A stretch of DNA of 64,000 bases. Origin: Octopus vulgaris. Taxonomy: Eukaryota. Below the pieces are notes generated by a model. The model was given only the letters and a program-made list of their open reading frames with translations. It was not told the DNA's origin and ran no database searches. The stretch covers positions 64,914,001 to 64,978,000 of the forward strand of contig OX597818.1 of NCBI GenBank assembly GCA_951406725.2, in the 5' to 3' direction. The stretch's first letter is position 1. Each line of letters begins with the position of its first letter. This document shows positions 1 to 11,880 of the stretch, in pieces. A program made the position numbers and the translations under genes.

Positions 1-559
1 AAGATTATTGAAATGGTTGCAAGACGCAACAAAAATTTTAGGAAAATAAAAATAAGCAATAAGTGGAAATTTTACCGGTGAGTGTGTTAAATCATAAGGC
101 ACAAAAAGAAAATGACGCTCCCCAGACACAACAGAATATGCTTCAAGACACAAACTCACATAAAGAATCTTGCTAACCAAACCCCAAAACGAAATAATTC
201 ATAAAACGTTTCATTGAAACTAAAATTGCAACGGAATTTTTATTAAGATTTGTGCTATACTTCTGTTAGATCCATATAACTTAATAAGTAAAAGAACTGC
301 TTCAGGCCCTGAAGCAGACCTAGCGTAGGGAGATATGTAGTTGATGAGGTCACGAAAAAGCAACGAAAGATCATTCATAAACCTTATTGGTAGGTCCACC
401 GGGGTATTATTCCCAGTATCGATTATTTCATTGGTCAAGCAGCTCACCAAGTAACAAACAGAAATTGCAGAAGTGAAGCCGAACAAGTGCGTAATGCATC
501 CCTCGAGACCTAAAACGCTTGAAGATAAGGGTTTACATCAAGAATCTTGCAAATGAAAT

Positions 560-1013
560 ACACAATTTCCAATCTCTCCAACGCCGCCGGGGTTGCTACA
601 TCATTTGTGTTATGTGAAAAATATTCCATCAATTTTGAACAAATGATGTTTTCATCAATTTTAAAATCCATCCAAGATTTGGCCCCCGTGCTATCCGCCC
701 ACTACAAAAATCGAACACGGTACACATAGCACCATTACGTCACAATTACTTTACCTCAACCGGTCCAGCTCACTTTAATACCCATTACAAAATACGTCAA
801 AACGGAAACGGATTCCATAAAATTCAAACGTTCACTGGACAAATTTCTTCAAAAAACCCCGGATCAACCTTCTACACCTGGATATGTCTCCAACAATAAT
901 AACTCTTTGCTAGAGTGAGCAATTGTGCCTCATATATGACTAAAAGGCTTCACCGGGTGGTGCTATTAAGTTAGACATGGCCTGGACCTATACTTATCGA
1001 AACCTATCAAAGT
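560..1013 (+). mobile_element. 5'-truncated, decayed 3' end of the same CR1-group LINE family as the full-length copy at 32.6-37.2 kb
   Basis: Frames give SLQRRR, LGPRAIRP and DQPSTPGYVSNNNNSLLE*AIVP, matching the ORF2 C-terminus at 32704. The 3' UTR cttcaccgggtggtgctattaagttagacatggcctgg...gaaacctatcaaagt matches the reverse complement of 32628-32695. Confidence 0.9.
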
Positions 1014-2540
1014 TATAAACATAATGCCTAAAACTGATTCGCAGCAAAATATGGGTAATCTGTGGAATTATTCTGTTACACAGGCTGTACGAGGAATTCA
1101 TTGATGTCATAATGAAATTTAAGTTGATTCACATTCGATGTTCAGGATTCGCTATATTTCAGACATTTTACTTCGCAACAAGCAACAGCACTAAATAGTG
1201 TTTGAACGTGTGTGACATACACAGGGAAATTCTATTAGTGAAATACCGACAAACATGATGAGGGCATCGTAGATAAATGCGAAACTTATGACAGAAAAAT
1301 CAACGATTTGATTCTTGGATGGTATAATGCGTTATGTTAATTTCACTCAGTGCATTCAACTGTAAATGAACCGTAAATAGTTGGGCAGTTAAATCTGAAA
1401 TGGATGGCCTTCCGGTCCAGGTTTAAACGGTCCGGCAGCAAATTTGAAAAGCTATTTACTTATGATTGAAATTTCGTTTTGATATATAAGCATTTTGACT
1501 ACGAATGATGCTGACCATGTGATATGAAACTGCGCCATTTTCGACTGTATTGAAAGATTATACAGTATATTGGTTTTATATCAAATTTTAGGCAAAGTTT
1601 CAAACTTATAAAACAAAAAATATAAAATGCAAGCTTCTAAATATTTTATTGCTTAAAAACTTTAATGCTGGTAGATGATGAATTACTCTGCAAATAAGTG
1701 GGGAAATATGTAACATTCACATCATATTTCTCAAATGCATTGCAGACTAATATATAATCACATTCACATTCTCTTCGTTTTGTAGTTTAGAATCGAAATT
1801 TCAGATGGTGACTGTTATTATTTAAAGGTCAATCCATTCTATTTCTTCGACTACTCCTCCTGAGACTTTCGTGGACGAAGTCAGCGAACAGCTCCTACAA
1901 AGTCACATGAAAAGCAAACATTTTAAAACTTTTCTGCTGCATTTCCAAGTATGATTAACAGAGAGTATGGATATTGTCCAACTCCCTCATTTTTCGACTC
2001 TCCCTGAGTTTCATGTCGGTTGACTGGGTTACAAGAACTCATGTTCCAGTTTCCTTTTTCTGCCCTAGATATTTAATTTTTGTTCACTGCAAGAATATTG
2101 GTGGAAGAAGGAGAGAGAGAGAGAGACAGAGAGAGAGACAGAGAGAGAGACAGAGAGAGAGACAGAGAGAGAGACAGAGAGAGAGAGAAATTGAAAGAAT
2201 CTACTCTTCAGGGCTGACAAGTATATGGGGTGACGTTGAATTCTCTGACGATGGCAAGCTATAATTCAAAGTAGAGAAATAGAAGCTCTTCTGCTAGGCA
2301 ACAAATAACCAAAGAAACAGAACCAATTCTTGGCTGGAGAAAGCATTTTTCCTCTGTAACCAGCCTTCACCCAGATCTGACTTGAAAACTACGGCCTACC
2401 GCTCATAGATTTTATTATCTCAAAAGAGGAGAACGACAGGAAATGAACTTGTAGTAAAATGAAGATTCGGTTTCAAATCCTGGGGGGATCTATTCGTTAC
2501 ACACACATACGCCCTCCCGTGTGTGTGTGTGTGTGTGTGA

Positions 2541-2673
2541 TATAATATTTGACATTTATTCGGTTGCCATAATGAAACTCCAAGTTTCGGATGTCGGGGT
2601 GGAAATCTGCTCTCGCCTCGAATCCGAAACTCGGAATTTTATTATGGCAACCGAATAATTGTCATACATTATA
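2541..2673. repeat. Imperfect foldback / inverted repeat with arms of about 52 bp
   Basis: 2541-2592 is an approximate reverse complement of 2622-2673 (ttattcggttgccataat / attatggcaaccgaataa), and the spacer can also partly pair. Confidence 0.85.
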
Positions 2674-2748
2674 TTACAGATAAATTCCTCTATTTACATA
2701 TTATCGAGGTCTCATTCATTCTCTTGTTGTCATACTGTTACAATTAAC

Positions 2749-2827
<79 letters not shown>

Positions 2828-3164
2828 GTATACATATATATATATTGATTCATTCATTGTCTGTTTATTTAGATTTGTTACCTGTAATTTGTTAGATGTA
2901 TATGAATCCATATTAAATACAATGTGATTAATCCCATGAGAAACCGAATTTATATAATTCTAATTAAACAACGCCAAAGTGAATATTGCTTCCATGAACA
3001 GACCAGGATGAAATGAACGTGACCATTCATAAAGGTGTTTTGCGCAGTATATAATGGAGAACGATTCAGATCGAATTAAAAATGTGATTGGCAGATGATA
3101 ATAATGGAGGTTATTTTAATTGTTAATTAAGTCAACTTTGAGATATGGAGAATCTTAACTCTCA

Positions 3165-3600
3165 CAATATAGAAATATTTCCCATGACACAATGAAACAA
3201 AATGGAAAGGTGGTTGCCCCGAATGATAGCAAGAGAGATGCACTGGAACAGCCATGCTGAGTCATGGAGCTGACACTTGCGGACAGCAATCTCTACACCG
3301 ATAGAGGTGAGCAGGGATATCGCCTCTGGAACCAAGAACACCTTAGGTCTCAAACACCTCATGCTCATCCATAAACTTGTCAGAGAGCGACCGGTACCTT
3401 GACAGATTATTTTTCTCTCATCCTAACAAGCAACTGATACCTAGCTTGTAGATGACATCACCAAGTTGCCTCTAAGAGTGTCACAGCATGAGGCATCCGA
3501 TGAGATGTCTTCCACCACGGAACGGTAAAATTGACGTACCACTCGGTCTCCAACACTCCTCTAGGTCTACTCTGGTTTCTGCTGCAAAGGGAGCATAGTG
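3165..3600 (-). pseudogene. Decayed CRE-like non-LTR retrotransposon C-terminus (restriction-like endonuclease domain)
   Basis: Minus-strand frames give WRPSGTSILPFRGGRHLI, RYRSLSDKF, FET*GVLG and EAISLLTSIG...WLFQCISLAIIRGNHLSIL. This matches the RPDG..PW..G..L.WD / KY..L / ETLG / WLFQRISLAI.RGNA pattern of CRE-clade RLE domains, with frameshifts. Confidence 0.75.
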
Positions 3601-4311
3601 TATCTAGGCCATTATGCATGGAATATATTTGAAAATGCTTTATTTAAAAGTAGAGCCTCATTTCAGTAGACTGCTAAAATATTGCCAATATTATTCAGTG
3701 GAAAACTTTTGCAATTGTATATATATACTGTCCAAGTGTTTCGCTAGCGAAAGCTACAAATTATACGGTAGTAGTTACGTGAATTGTTGCACAATGAGAC
3801 TCAAATGTCTGATCTTCAGAAGAAAATAGTAATTCAGTTACATGTTACATAATCGTTTTTCAGTGTTACTAGTGTATTGTCGAACATTACTTAATATGTG
3901 TATTACTACAATTGGACAAGCGCCCAAATTATTGTGGCACATATGCAGAATGATAGTGGAAATAAATATGCTCTTTCTATTATAATATTTTCTTATATCT
4001 ACCATAGTGAGTCTATCAATAAGATTTATAACGTCACTTCATCTGAGAATACATTCAGATACGTTAATATGAGACGTTCAGACATCTCATCCTCCCTTCA
4101 TGAAATAGTTCCTGGTAGGGTGAATCAGAAACGACTGGAATTTTTCATCTATAAAATATTAATAAATTTGGTTTCCTACATGAACTCACTCCCACACAAT
4201 TATACTCGTAGACGCAAGTCTGAATGAACCTACTGTGGATAGGGCCACAGCAATATACCCTTATACTTATAAACCACCACCCGCGCACACAGACGCATAC
4301 AAATAAACATA

Positions 4312-4352
<41 letters not shown>

Positions 4353-4910
4353 GCTCATATTTATATATAAATATGAATATTATGATGCATTTTTATGTAT
4401 ATAAAAAGGTGTTTCTTTGCGCGTGCTATTCTATGGAAATACCTAGGCACAGGTGTGCCAGGTGCATTTTGAAGCGTAGGTTTTTTGTATGATCAGACAC
4501 AAAAGTTCAGAGCCTATACACGCAAATATTGAAGAAGTAATTTTAATGTACCTGAGTTGAAAGCCCCATCATAAATTGATTGCACTGTTATAAATTATGT
4601 GTCTATGGCAGTGCTGACAGCTGAGCAGAATATTCCATTGCAGTAATACATCATATTATTAAAGCTGGTGAGCTGTTCGCAAAGACTAATTGACAGCTAT
4701 ATCTCTGGTGGTGTCTCAAGGGCAACTTGTTTTGTTGTAGATCGGTATAGTAGTAGCTGCCTGTCCTACGTTTCCAATTTACGCTTATTTTCAAAATTTG
4801 CGCTAAAGAAAGTAAAAGACGAATGCATGTGTGTGCGGGGCGGGTATATGAATACAATATGTATATGCATATACATGTGTGTGAGTGTGTCTACACGCAC
4901 AAATACACAC

Positions 4911-4962
<52 letters not shown>

Positions 4963-5046
4963 GCATACGGATATTTATATAAGGAACGTGTATATGTAGT
5001 ACATATATATATATGCATGTGTGTGTGTTTGTGTATTTGTGTCAAC

Positions 5047-5078
<32 letters not shown>

Positions 5079-5157
5079 CTGTGTATATATATATATGTCT
5101 ACACAAATGAACTCATGCATACTCACACGGACATATTATATTGGGTTTTATTTATTA

Positions 5158-5550
5158 CTAGCAGTATCGCCCGGCGTTGCTCAGGTTTGTAAGGGAAATA
5201 ACTATAAAGCATTTTTAGAGAGTTATAGCCAAAAAATAGCAAAAAAAATGGAAAACAAATTATGGTAAATTTTTTTTTTGAGAGTTAAAAAAGGTGGAGT
5301 TGCGTCCCCTAGACAGTCTATGGTTTGGGTTTCTGATTCTCGACCCCATGTCGAATTTATCGATTTTTTTCAGAACTGGGGGAACTTTTTCAAAATTTTC
5401 GCTGCGTTAGTTTTGAATTATGACATTGGGCTATGTGTGTGTGTCAAGTTTCATCAGAATCGGTTGAAAGCCGTGGTCAGAGTGAGGGTACGAGAAAACA
5501 GACACACAGAAACACGCACAGACAAACTGCCGTTTATATATAGAGAGAGA
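5158..5550 (-). mobile_element. Non-autonomous Helitron
   Basis: On the minus strand it reads A|TCTCTCTCTATATATAAA...CCTGAGCAACGCCGGGCGATACTGCTAG|T: 5' TC, subterminal GC hairpin, 3' CTAG, AT insertion site and no TSD. The same 3' end occurs in four other copies in this window. Confidence 0.8.
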
Positions 5551-6413
5551 TTTTTGTTAGTTGTTATTAACGATATATCTATATATTCTTTAAACGAATA
5601 TATATTTCTTCTATACATAGCAAAACTACATTTGGCGCATAATTGTATATAACGCTGTTGAATATTTAAGGCGATGCACTTTTCTCCTTAAGCTGTTAAA
5701 TAAACGTTAGAAACACATAAAAAAAAATTGTACATCATAAATAATTTTGTAGCATTGCAAGTATTAACTTTCAGCTCTAATGGAGATGAGAAAATTATTT
5801 CATGCATGAAGTTACTGATTGTGTATTTAGATGTACAAAATGCTTAATCCAGTCTCTTTTTTAAAAGTTAACAGTTAATTACTACGCGAAAAATGTTACA
5901 CTTAAAGAAATCTGATGAGGAAAACAGAAATTGGTTCACAATCGGCTCCTGCAAAATGTTCAAGAACACATCGTAGCACAGTGCCTCAGCAAAGTTATCC
6001 TCCGTGGGGCACTGACACAACTGTCGCAGCACCCGATTAAATAATCAAAGTACCTTAGATTGGCCAGCAGCATGTATTTGGGTAATATTGCCAAATACAC
6101 ATACACACAGTTCCCTGAAAAATCGAATCAAATTATTTCTAGAGGTATCACTATAACCGTATGAAAATAAATGCCAGCTCAACTTGTGAAGGGGAGATAA
6201 CTTGAATGATCCTGTATTTTGTAGCCTTGTTGCGCCATCAATATACACATTTCTGTGTTTGTTTCGGTATTTGGATACTTATGAAATCATAATTAATTAT
6301 TACATATCTTCACCAGTTTTAATAATATCATGCAGAGAATTATATATTTTCAACTTATAAATAATATTCCTTCTAAAAACTCGCATTATATATAGACATA
6401 TAGATTGATACAC

Positions 6414-6506
<93 letters not shown>
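6414..6506. repeat. (GATA)n/(GA)n microsatellite
   Basis: Seen directly in the sequence. Confidence 0.95.
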
Positions 6507-6508
<2 letters not shown>

Positions 6509-6509
6509 T

Positions 6510-6775
6510 GCTTCTTTATTAGCCACACAGAGCCGAACACAGAGGGGACAAAATACAAGGTAGTGCTTTTCTATTGACGAAAGAAAAAGGAGAAAAATAT
6601 AATTTCGATCAAAAGGGATCGTGAAAAAGAAAGAAAAGAAGCACCGTTCGAAAGGAATTGTGTATCATAGATTAGGTTTATTCGTGGAAAGAAAAGACTA
6701 AGGAATTCCTTGTTCATAGGATTATGCACAAGGTGGATCCGTCATTCACAAGTGCCACCCTTGCTACATTCACCA
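6510..6775 (-). mobile_element. Short 3' remnant of a LINE (possibly L1/Tx1-like) inserted between microsatellites
   Basis: The minus strand has an ORF end VNVARVALVNDGSTLCIIL*, then a T-rich 3' UTR ending ttgtcccctctgtgttcggctctgtgtggctaataaagaa (AATAAA). The clade assignment is inferred. Confidence 0.5.
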
Positions 6776-7133
6776 TACATACATACATACATACATACAT
6801 ACATACATACATACATACATACATACATACATACATACATAAAGTTACTGCATTCGGATTTTGTGATATCGATCTAAATGAATTAATTCTTGTCAGGAAG
6901 ATTGGCACTAAAACTAAAATCTGTTTTTATGCATTTAAAATTATTGAGGATAAATAACAAAATGAATTAAGTTTTGCGATTAACGACGTTGCCATTTATA
7001 TTTCATACGTCATCTGTTACTTGTTTAGAATTCTATAACAATTAATCATTGTGACTAAGATAAAAATGTGTCACATTGTCTGCCATGTACCATCCAAATA
7101 TTTTATATGCAGCTGCGTTGTATGTTGTATATA

Positions 7134-7164
<31 letters not shown>

Positions 7165-7281
7165 TTGAATGACGTAACCTGGATTAGTGATCAGGGTATT
7201 TAACTCGCGATGGTAAGTGCCTGATTTGTATACCCGGCGTCGCATTTTATCTTTGAGTAAGACAGTATATTTAATGATGCA

Positions 7282-7705
7282 AGGCGTTGAGCTGGCAGAA
7301 TTGTTAGCACGCTGGACGAAATACTTAGCAGTATTTCGCCTGCTGCTACCTTCTAAGTTCTAAACTCCGCCGAGGCCGACTTTGTCTTTCTTCATTTTGG
7401 GGTCGATAAAAAAAGTGTCAGTTGCGTACTAGAGTCGATCTAATGGACTGGACACCACCTCAAAAATTCCGGCATTTGTGCCTAGAGTATAGAAAAAGTG
7501 GGGAGCTGGAAGAATTTTTAGTACGCCCGACAAAATGCTTAGCAGTGATTTCTCTTACCGCTACATTCTGAGTTCGAATTCCAACAAGGTCGACTTTGCT
7601 TTTCATCATTTAGGGGTCGATAAAATAAGTTCCAGTTACGTAATAGAGTCGTACTGACCCCGTCCACAAACATTTCAGGCCTTGAGCCAATAGCAGAAAG
7701 GACTA
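7282..7705 (+). mobile_element. Two adjacent decayed copies of tRNA-derived SINE family A (Nin-domain-like core)
   Basis: Each copy has a gagctgg(c/a)agaa head and the core cgactttg..tttc.tcattt.ggggtcgataaa, as in the copies at 8111, 23461, 27454 and 44257. Confidence 0.8.
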
Positions 7706-7779
7706 TATTTAATGATATTCCAGTCTACCCATCTGGCACAATGAGTGACAGCGCTAATTCAAAGTGCCAGCGATGTCAC

Positions 7780-7918
7780 ATCTTGTGTCACGCTGAACCT
7801 CCCTGAGGACTCCGTTAAGAACACGTGTGTGCATCGGGTGGTCACTTATTTGCAAGTTAATAATTGCAGAAGGCTGTTTCGTTGATCAGATCATCGGTGT
7901 CACTCGTCGTAGTAATCG
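7780..7918 (+). mobile_element. 3' fragment of SINE family B
   Basis: tgtgtcacgctgaacctccctgaggactccgttaag...cgtcgtagtaatcg aligns to 8936-9072. Confidence 0.7.
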
Positions 7919-8110
7919 GCGAATTGCCAATTATATTTGTACTCCTCGCCCAGAAACACACTCTCTCTTACACACACACACACATGCACAAGCTCACACA
8001 CACACACACACACATACGACGTGTTTTATTTTTTTCAGTTTCCGTCAGCAAAATCCACTCACAAGTTTTTGATCGACCCGCGGTTATAGTAGAAAATACT
8101 CAAAATGCCA

Positions 8111-8528
8111 TTAAGGCGGCGAACTGGCAGAAACGTTAGCAGGCCGGGCGAAATGCTAAGCGGTATTTCGTCTGCCGTTACGTTCTGAGTTCAAATTCTG
8201 CCGAGGGCGACTTTGCCTTTCATCCTTTAGGGGTCGATAAATAAAGTACCACTTACGCACTGGGGTCGATGTAATCGACTTAATACCTATGTCTGTCCTT
8301 GTTTGTCCCCTCTGTGTTTAGCCCCTTGTGGGTTATAAAGAAATAGGTATTTCGTCTGCCGTTACGTTCTGAGTTCAAATTCTGCCGAGGTCGACTTTGC
8401 CTTTCATCCTTTAGGGGTCGATAAATAAAGTACCACTTACGCACTGGGGTCGATGTAATCGACTTAATTCGTTTGTCTGTCCTTGTTTGTCCCCTCTATG
8501 TTTAGCCCTTTGTTGGTAATAAAGAAAT
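8111..8528 (+). mobile_element. SINE family A with an internal tandem duplication of about 184 bp, nested in an older family C SINE
   Basis: Head ggcggcgaactggcagaaacgttagc. The unit ggtatttcgtctgccgttacg...taaagaaata starts at 8162 and again at 8346. A 17-bp TSD aaatactcaaaatgcca lies at 8094-8110 and 8529-8545. Confidence 0.9.
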
Positions 8529-8701
8529 AAATACTCAAAATGCCACGCTGGTGGACCTAAGCCAAATCGGCTGAGAAGCAAAGTGCTTTACCTGTCAAAT
8601 CCTTATGGAAACATTACACTCTTTCAAAGAGACTGCACCTCGCTCTCTCTTGAGCTGTGATAAGGAACGGAGAGCAACATCCAACAGTTACATTGGATAA
8701 G

Positions 8702-9089
8702 TGGAGGCGCAATGGCACAGTGGTTAGGGCAGCGGACTCGCGGTCATAGGATCGCGGTTTCGATTCCCAGACCGGGCGTTGTGAGTGTTTATTGAGCGAA
8801 AACACCTAAAAGCTCCACGAGTTTCCGGCAGGGGATGGTGGTGATCCCTGCTGTACTCTTTCACCACAACTTTCTCTACTCTTACTTCCTGTTTCTGTTG
8901 TACCTGTATTTCAAAGGGCCGGCCTTGTCACTCTCTGTGTCACGCTGAATATCCCCGAGAACTACGTTAAGGGTACACGTGTCTGTGGAGTGCTCAGCCA
9001 CTTACACGTTAATTTCACGAGCGGGCTGTTCCGTTGATTCGGATCAACTGGAACCCTCATCGTCGTAACCGACGGAGTGCTTCCATTCC
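8702..9089 (+). mobile_element. Full-length tRNA-derived SINE family B
   Basis: A-box TGGCACAGTGG and B-box-like GTTTCGATTCCC. A 12-bp TSD acattggataag lies at 8690-8701 and 9090-9101. Confidence 0.9.
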
Positions 9090-9918
9090 ACATTGGATAA
9101 GGCATTCGTCAATGCATCGTGTTCATAATTTCGTAATATATACCTTGCACCTGAGAATAATGTTTGGCTTATGATAGCAGGTGATTATTTAAGGATTCCT
9201 TATAAATTTGTTTAAATTTACCTCCTCAATCAGATATAGGTTAAACTCTTCAGTTGTCACGATTTTATATGGAAACTATATTTTACAATGCCATGTGTGA
9301 ACCATACAGATTTTGGAACTAACATCTACACCGCATTTTCTTCAATTTATTTCGGCTTAAGCTCTCTTTTCAGTTAAATCTATGACAGTAAAATAAATAT
9401 TTTTTACATTATTAGAATTAAATGCCGTGTTTTGACAAGTAACACAGTGTGAAAAAGATAAATTCCTATTAAATAAACGAGATCAACGTCAAAACTGACA
9501 TATTCTTATATTTATGTTCATTTAAATTGTATACGCAGAGCATTAATTGTCTCAGTGTCTATAAAAACATATTGTTGGTAACCATATGTTCGAAATATAT
9601 GTGTTCTCACAAAATGGAATGATCTGCCTGATATTTATATCAAATCTGTCCTTTAATATTTTATAAATGTTCATTTTAAAGAATATATCGAAGACATTTC
9701 AAAGAATAGTATCTTCCTCAAATAATTATGCATTTATGAGTCGAAAATCCTAATTTCATTTGTAAGAACATATAATAGCTAGTGTTTCGTATATAACTGA
9801 CTTACGCAGTCGAAATCCACAGAATTTCTGAACTCAGTGACTCATGTTATTCACAAACGTAAAATGTTTGAAAAAAATCTGACACATTAAAACATTCTAT
9901 CACTATGTCCGGAGTAAC

Positions 9919-9959
<41 letters not shown>

Positions 9960-10009
9960 GCGTGTCTTGAAAGAAGTGAGACACCAACGCAAAGTATATG
10001 TGGAATTTT

Positions 10010-10815
10010 CAGGAACTTTAAAAAGAGAATGTATATACGGTGTGGGGAAGAAAGGGTTCGTGATGTGAGGACTGATATGAACAACGGTACCTCGTTTTAC
10101 AAGTATATCACCAAGATGGTGGTAGCGTGTAACCGAAAGGCCGGATGGATTCTGAGGACCTCCAAAACAAGGGACCAGGAAACTATTTTGGTGTTATGGA
10201 GGATATTTGTTCTCAGCCGTCTCAACTATGCTGTTAAATGTGATCACCCTAGAGTGTCAACTTAATACAGAACTTGAGGCAGATAAAAAGTGTTACATCA
10301 GGGAAATTGCATCGATGGAACCACTGAGCTACTGGGAGAGACTCAAAGAGCTACGACTCTAGTCCCTGGAGCGAATACGTGACACGTGTGCAGTGATATA
10401 TGTATGGAAAATCTGGTGTGGGCTGGAACCAAACTTTGGTATCGATATCTATACCAGTCCCCGGACTGGACGTCACCGTCTTGTTCCAAAAGTCCCAGCT
10501 ATTCGATCTAAAGTGAAGATCATGAACAGCATTAGCTTGGGATTCAATGGCCCACAGCTATTTAACGCCATGCAAGACATCTGGGGGATCTTCATGGAGT
10601 AGGGGTAGATGTTTTCGAGATACATTTTGACATTATATCGACGGTCCCACATGAAACTACATCAAGGAAAAAGACTCAAAACAGTGAAGTAGTGTTGGAA
10701 TCCCTCTTTCACCGAAAGCAAATAACATAAAATTGGCCATTCGAAGGGTGATTACACGGGTGGTGCTCCAGCATGGCCAATGCCTTAGGGATGAAACATG
10801 TAGAAAAATAAATGA
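10010..10815 (+). pseudogene. Decayed CR1-group LINE ORF2 C-terminus and 3' tail (older subfamily)
   Basis: VRDV...RKAGWILRTSKTRD...LWRIFVLSRLNY, SYWERLKELRL*SLE and IYVWKI...SPRTGR...SLGFNGPQLFN are collinear with the ORF2 at 32704-33400. It has stops and frameshifts, and the tail reads ggtggtgctccagcatggcc. Confidence 0.85.
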
Positions 10816-11054
10816 ATACACACGCTCGCACACGTACACACACGCGCGCACGCACGCAATTATCATCTTATGCTCTCTCTCTTATCCCACCTCTCATTGC
10901 ATATAAATTGTTTTGTACTTTTACTTGCTTCAGTATTCTGACGGCGACCACGCTATTTCTTTGTGAGCCAAGTACTTATTCTATCGGTCCCTTTTTTGCC
11001 GAATCTCTAGTGATGGAAAAGTAAACAAATCAACATTGGTTGTCAATAGACGGT

Positions 11055-11254
11055 CATTATGTCAGAAGAATGTTATAAATTTTTTTTCATACAATGACAT
11101 AGTTTTTGAAGAAATGACCGGTTTCGCGTTCAGCTTTTCAAATTTCTTACATATATATTTTTTAACCTTTTAAAACAAGCCTTCTGTAGTTTTTTTCACT
11201 TTTTACTATTTTCTATATATTCAACCACGTGCTTTCAACACACCAACTTTCTCA

Positions 11255-11257
<3 letters not shown>
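11055..11257 (-). mobile_element. Short Penelope-pLTR-like repeat carrying a hammerhead-like motif
   Basis: cattatgtcagaagaatgttataaatt...gaagaaat.accggtttc recurs at 29242-29331. The motif is at 11111-11146 and the repeat abuts (TA)n. Confidence 0.65.
11111..11146 (-). ncRNA. Minimal type I hammerhead ribozyme-like motif, U3-A8 variant
   Basis: GAAAU UUGAAAA GC-UGAAC-GC GAAA C-CG-GUC AUUUC: 5-bp stem I, palindromic stem III (ACCGGU) and a GUC cleavage triplet. Confidence 0.65.
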
Positions 11258-11309
<52 letters not shown>

Positions 11310-11465
11310 GATGGGCTTCTTTCAGTTTCCGTCTAAAAATCTACCCACAAGTCTTTGGCCGGCCCGAGGCTATAGTAGAAGACACTTGCCTAAGTTGCCA
11401 AAGCAATGTGACTGAACACCGAACTGTGTAGTTGGGAAGCATGCTTCTTCCTACACAGTCACTCG

Positions 11466-11880
11466 TCTTTTGATCTTTCGTCTTTTCTCTATTTCAGTCA
11501 TTAGATTGCGGTCGTGACTGAGCGCCACCTCTAAGATTCGTTAGTCGAATAAATCGACCCCACTATTATAGTCTTTTATTCTCGATAATTATACAATCGG
11601 GGTTTAGTGTTTAATTGCTAACGCTTTCGGAGACGTAAACACACAAACATCGGTAGTCAAGCGGTGGTGAGGATAAACATAATGACGTACAAACACACAC
11701 GCACATACACACACACATATGACGGGCTTCTTTCAGTTTCCCGCTACCAACTCCACTAACAAGGTTTTGGTCTGCCTGAGGGTTTCTGTAGAAGCCATTT
11801 GCCTAAAGTGCTATGCAGAGGTTCTAGACCCAGTATTATGTGGCTGGGAAACAAACTTCTTACGATGCAACCACACTGCT
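11466..11880 (-). mobile_element. Decayed SINE family C
   Basis: Contains tttcagtcatt, aatcgacccc, gacgggcttctttcagtttcc and the reverse complement of the tRNA-like head. Confidence 0.75.

Larger units (their letters stand above)
10905..11465 (-). mobile_element. SINE family C (tRNA head, CORE-like region, CR1-like tail) interrupted by a hammerhead-bearing insertion and (TA)n
   Basis: The 3' part (10905-11054) and 5' part (11307-11465; gggcttctttcagtttccgtct...gctatagtagaagacacttgcc) align to the plus-strand copy at 54681-55085. Confidence 0.75.

Noticed and set aside
220-486. 88-aa minus-strand ORF
   Set aside because: Non-ATG start and no recognisable domain. It may be a TE remnant but I cannot support that.
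5910-5935. CTGATGAGGAAAACAGAAA as a hammerhead
   Set aside because: No stem II pairing.
8702-8775. tRNA genes at SINE heads (also 51532)
   Set aside because: A and B boxes are present, but there is no complete cloverleaf and the sequence continues into repeat bodies.
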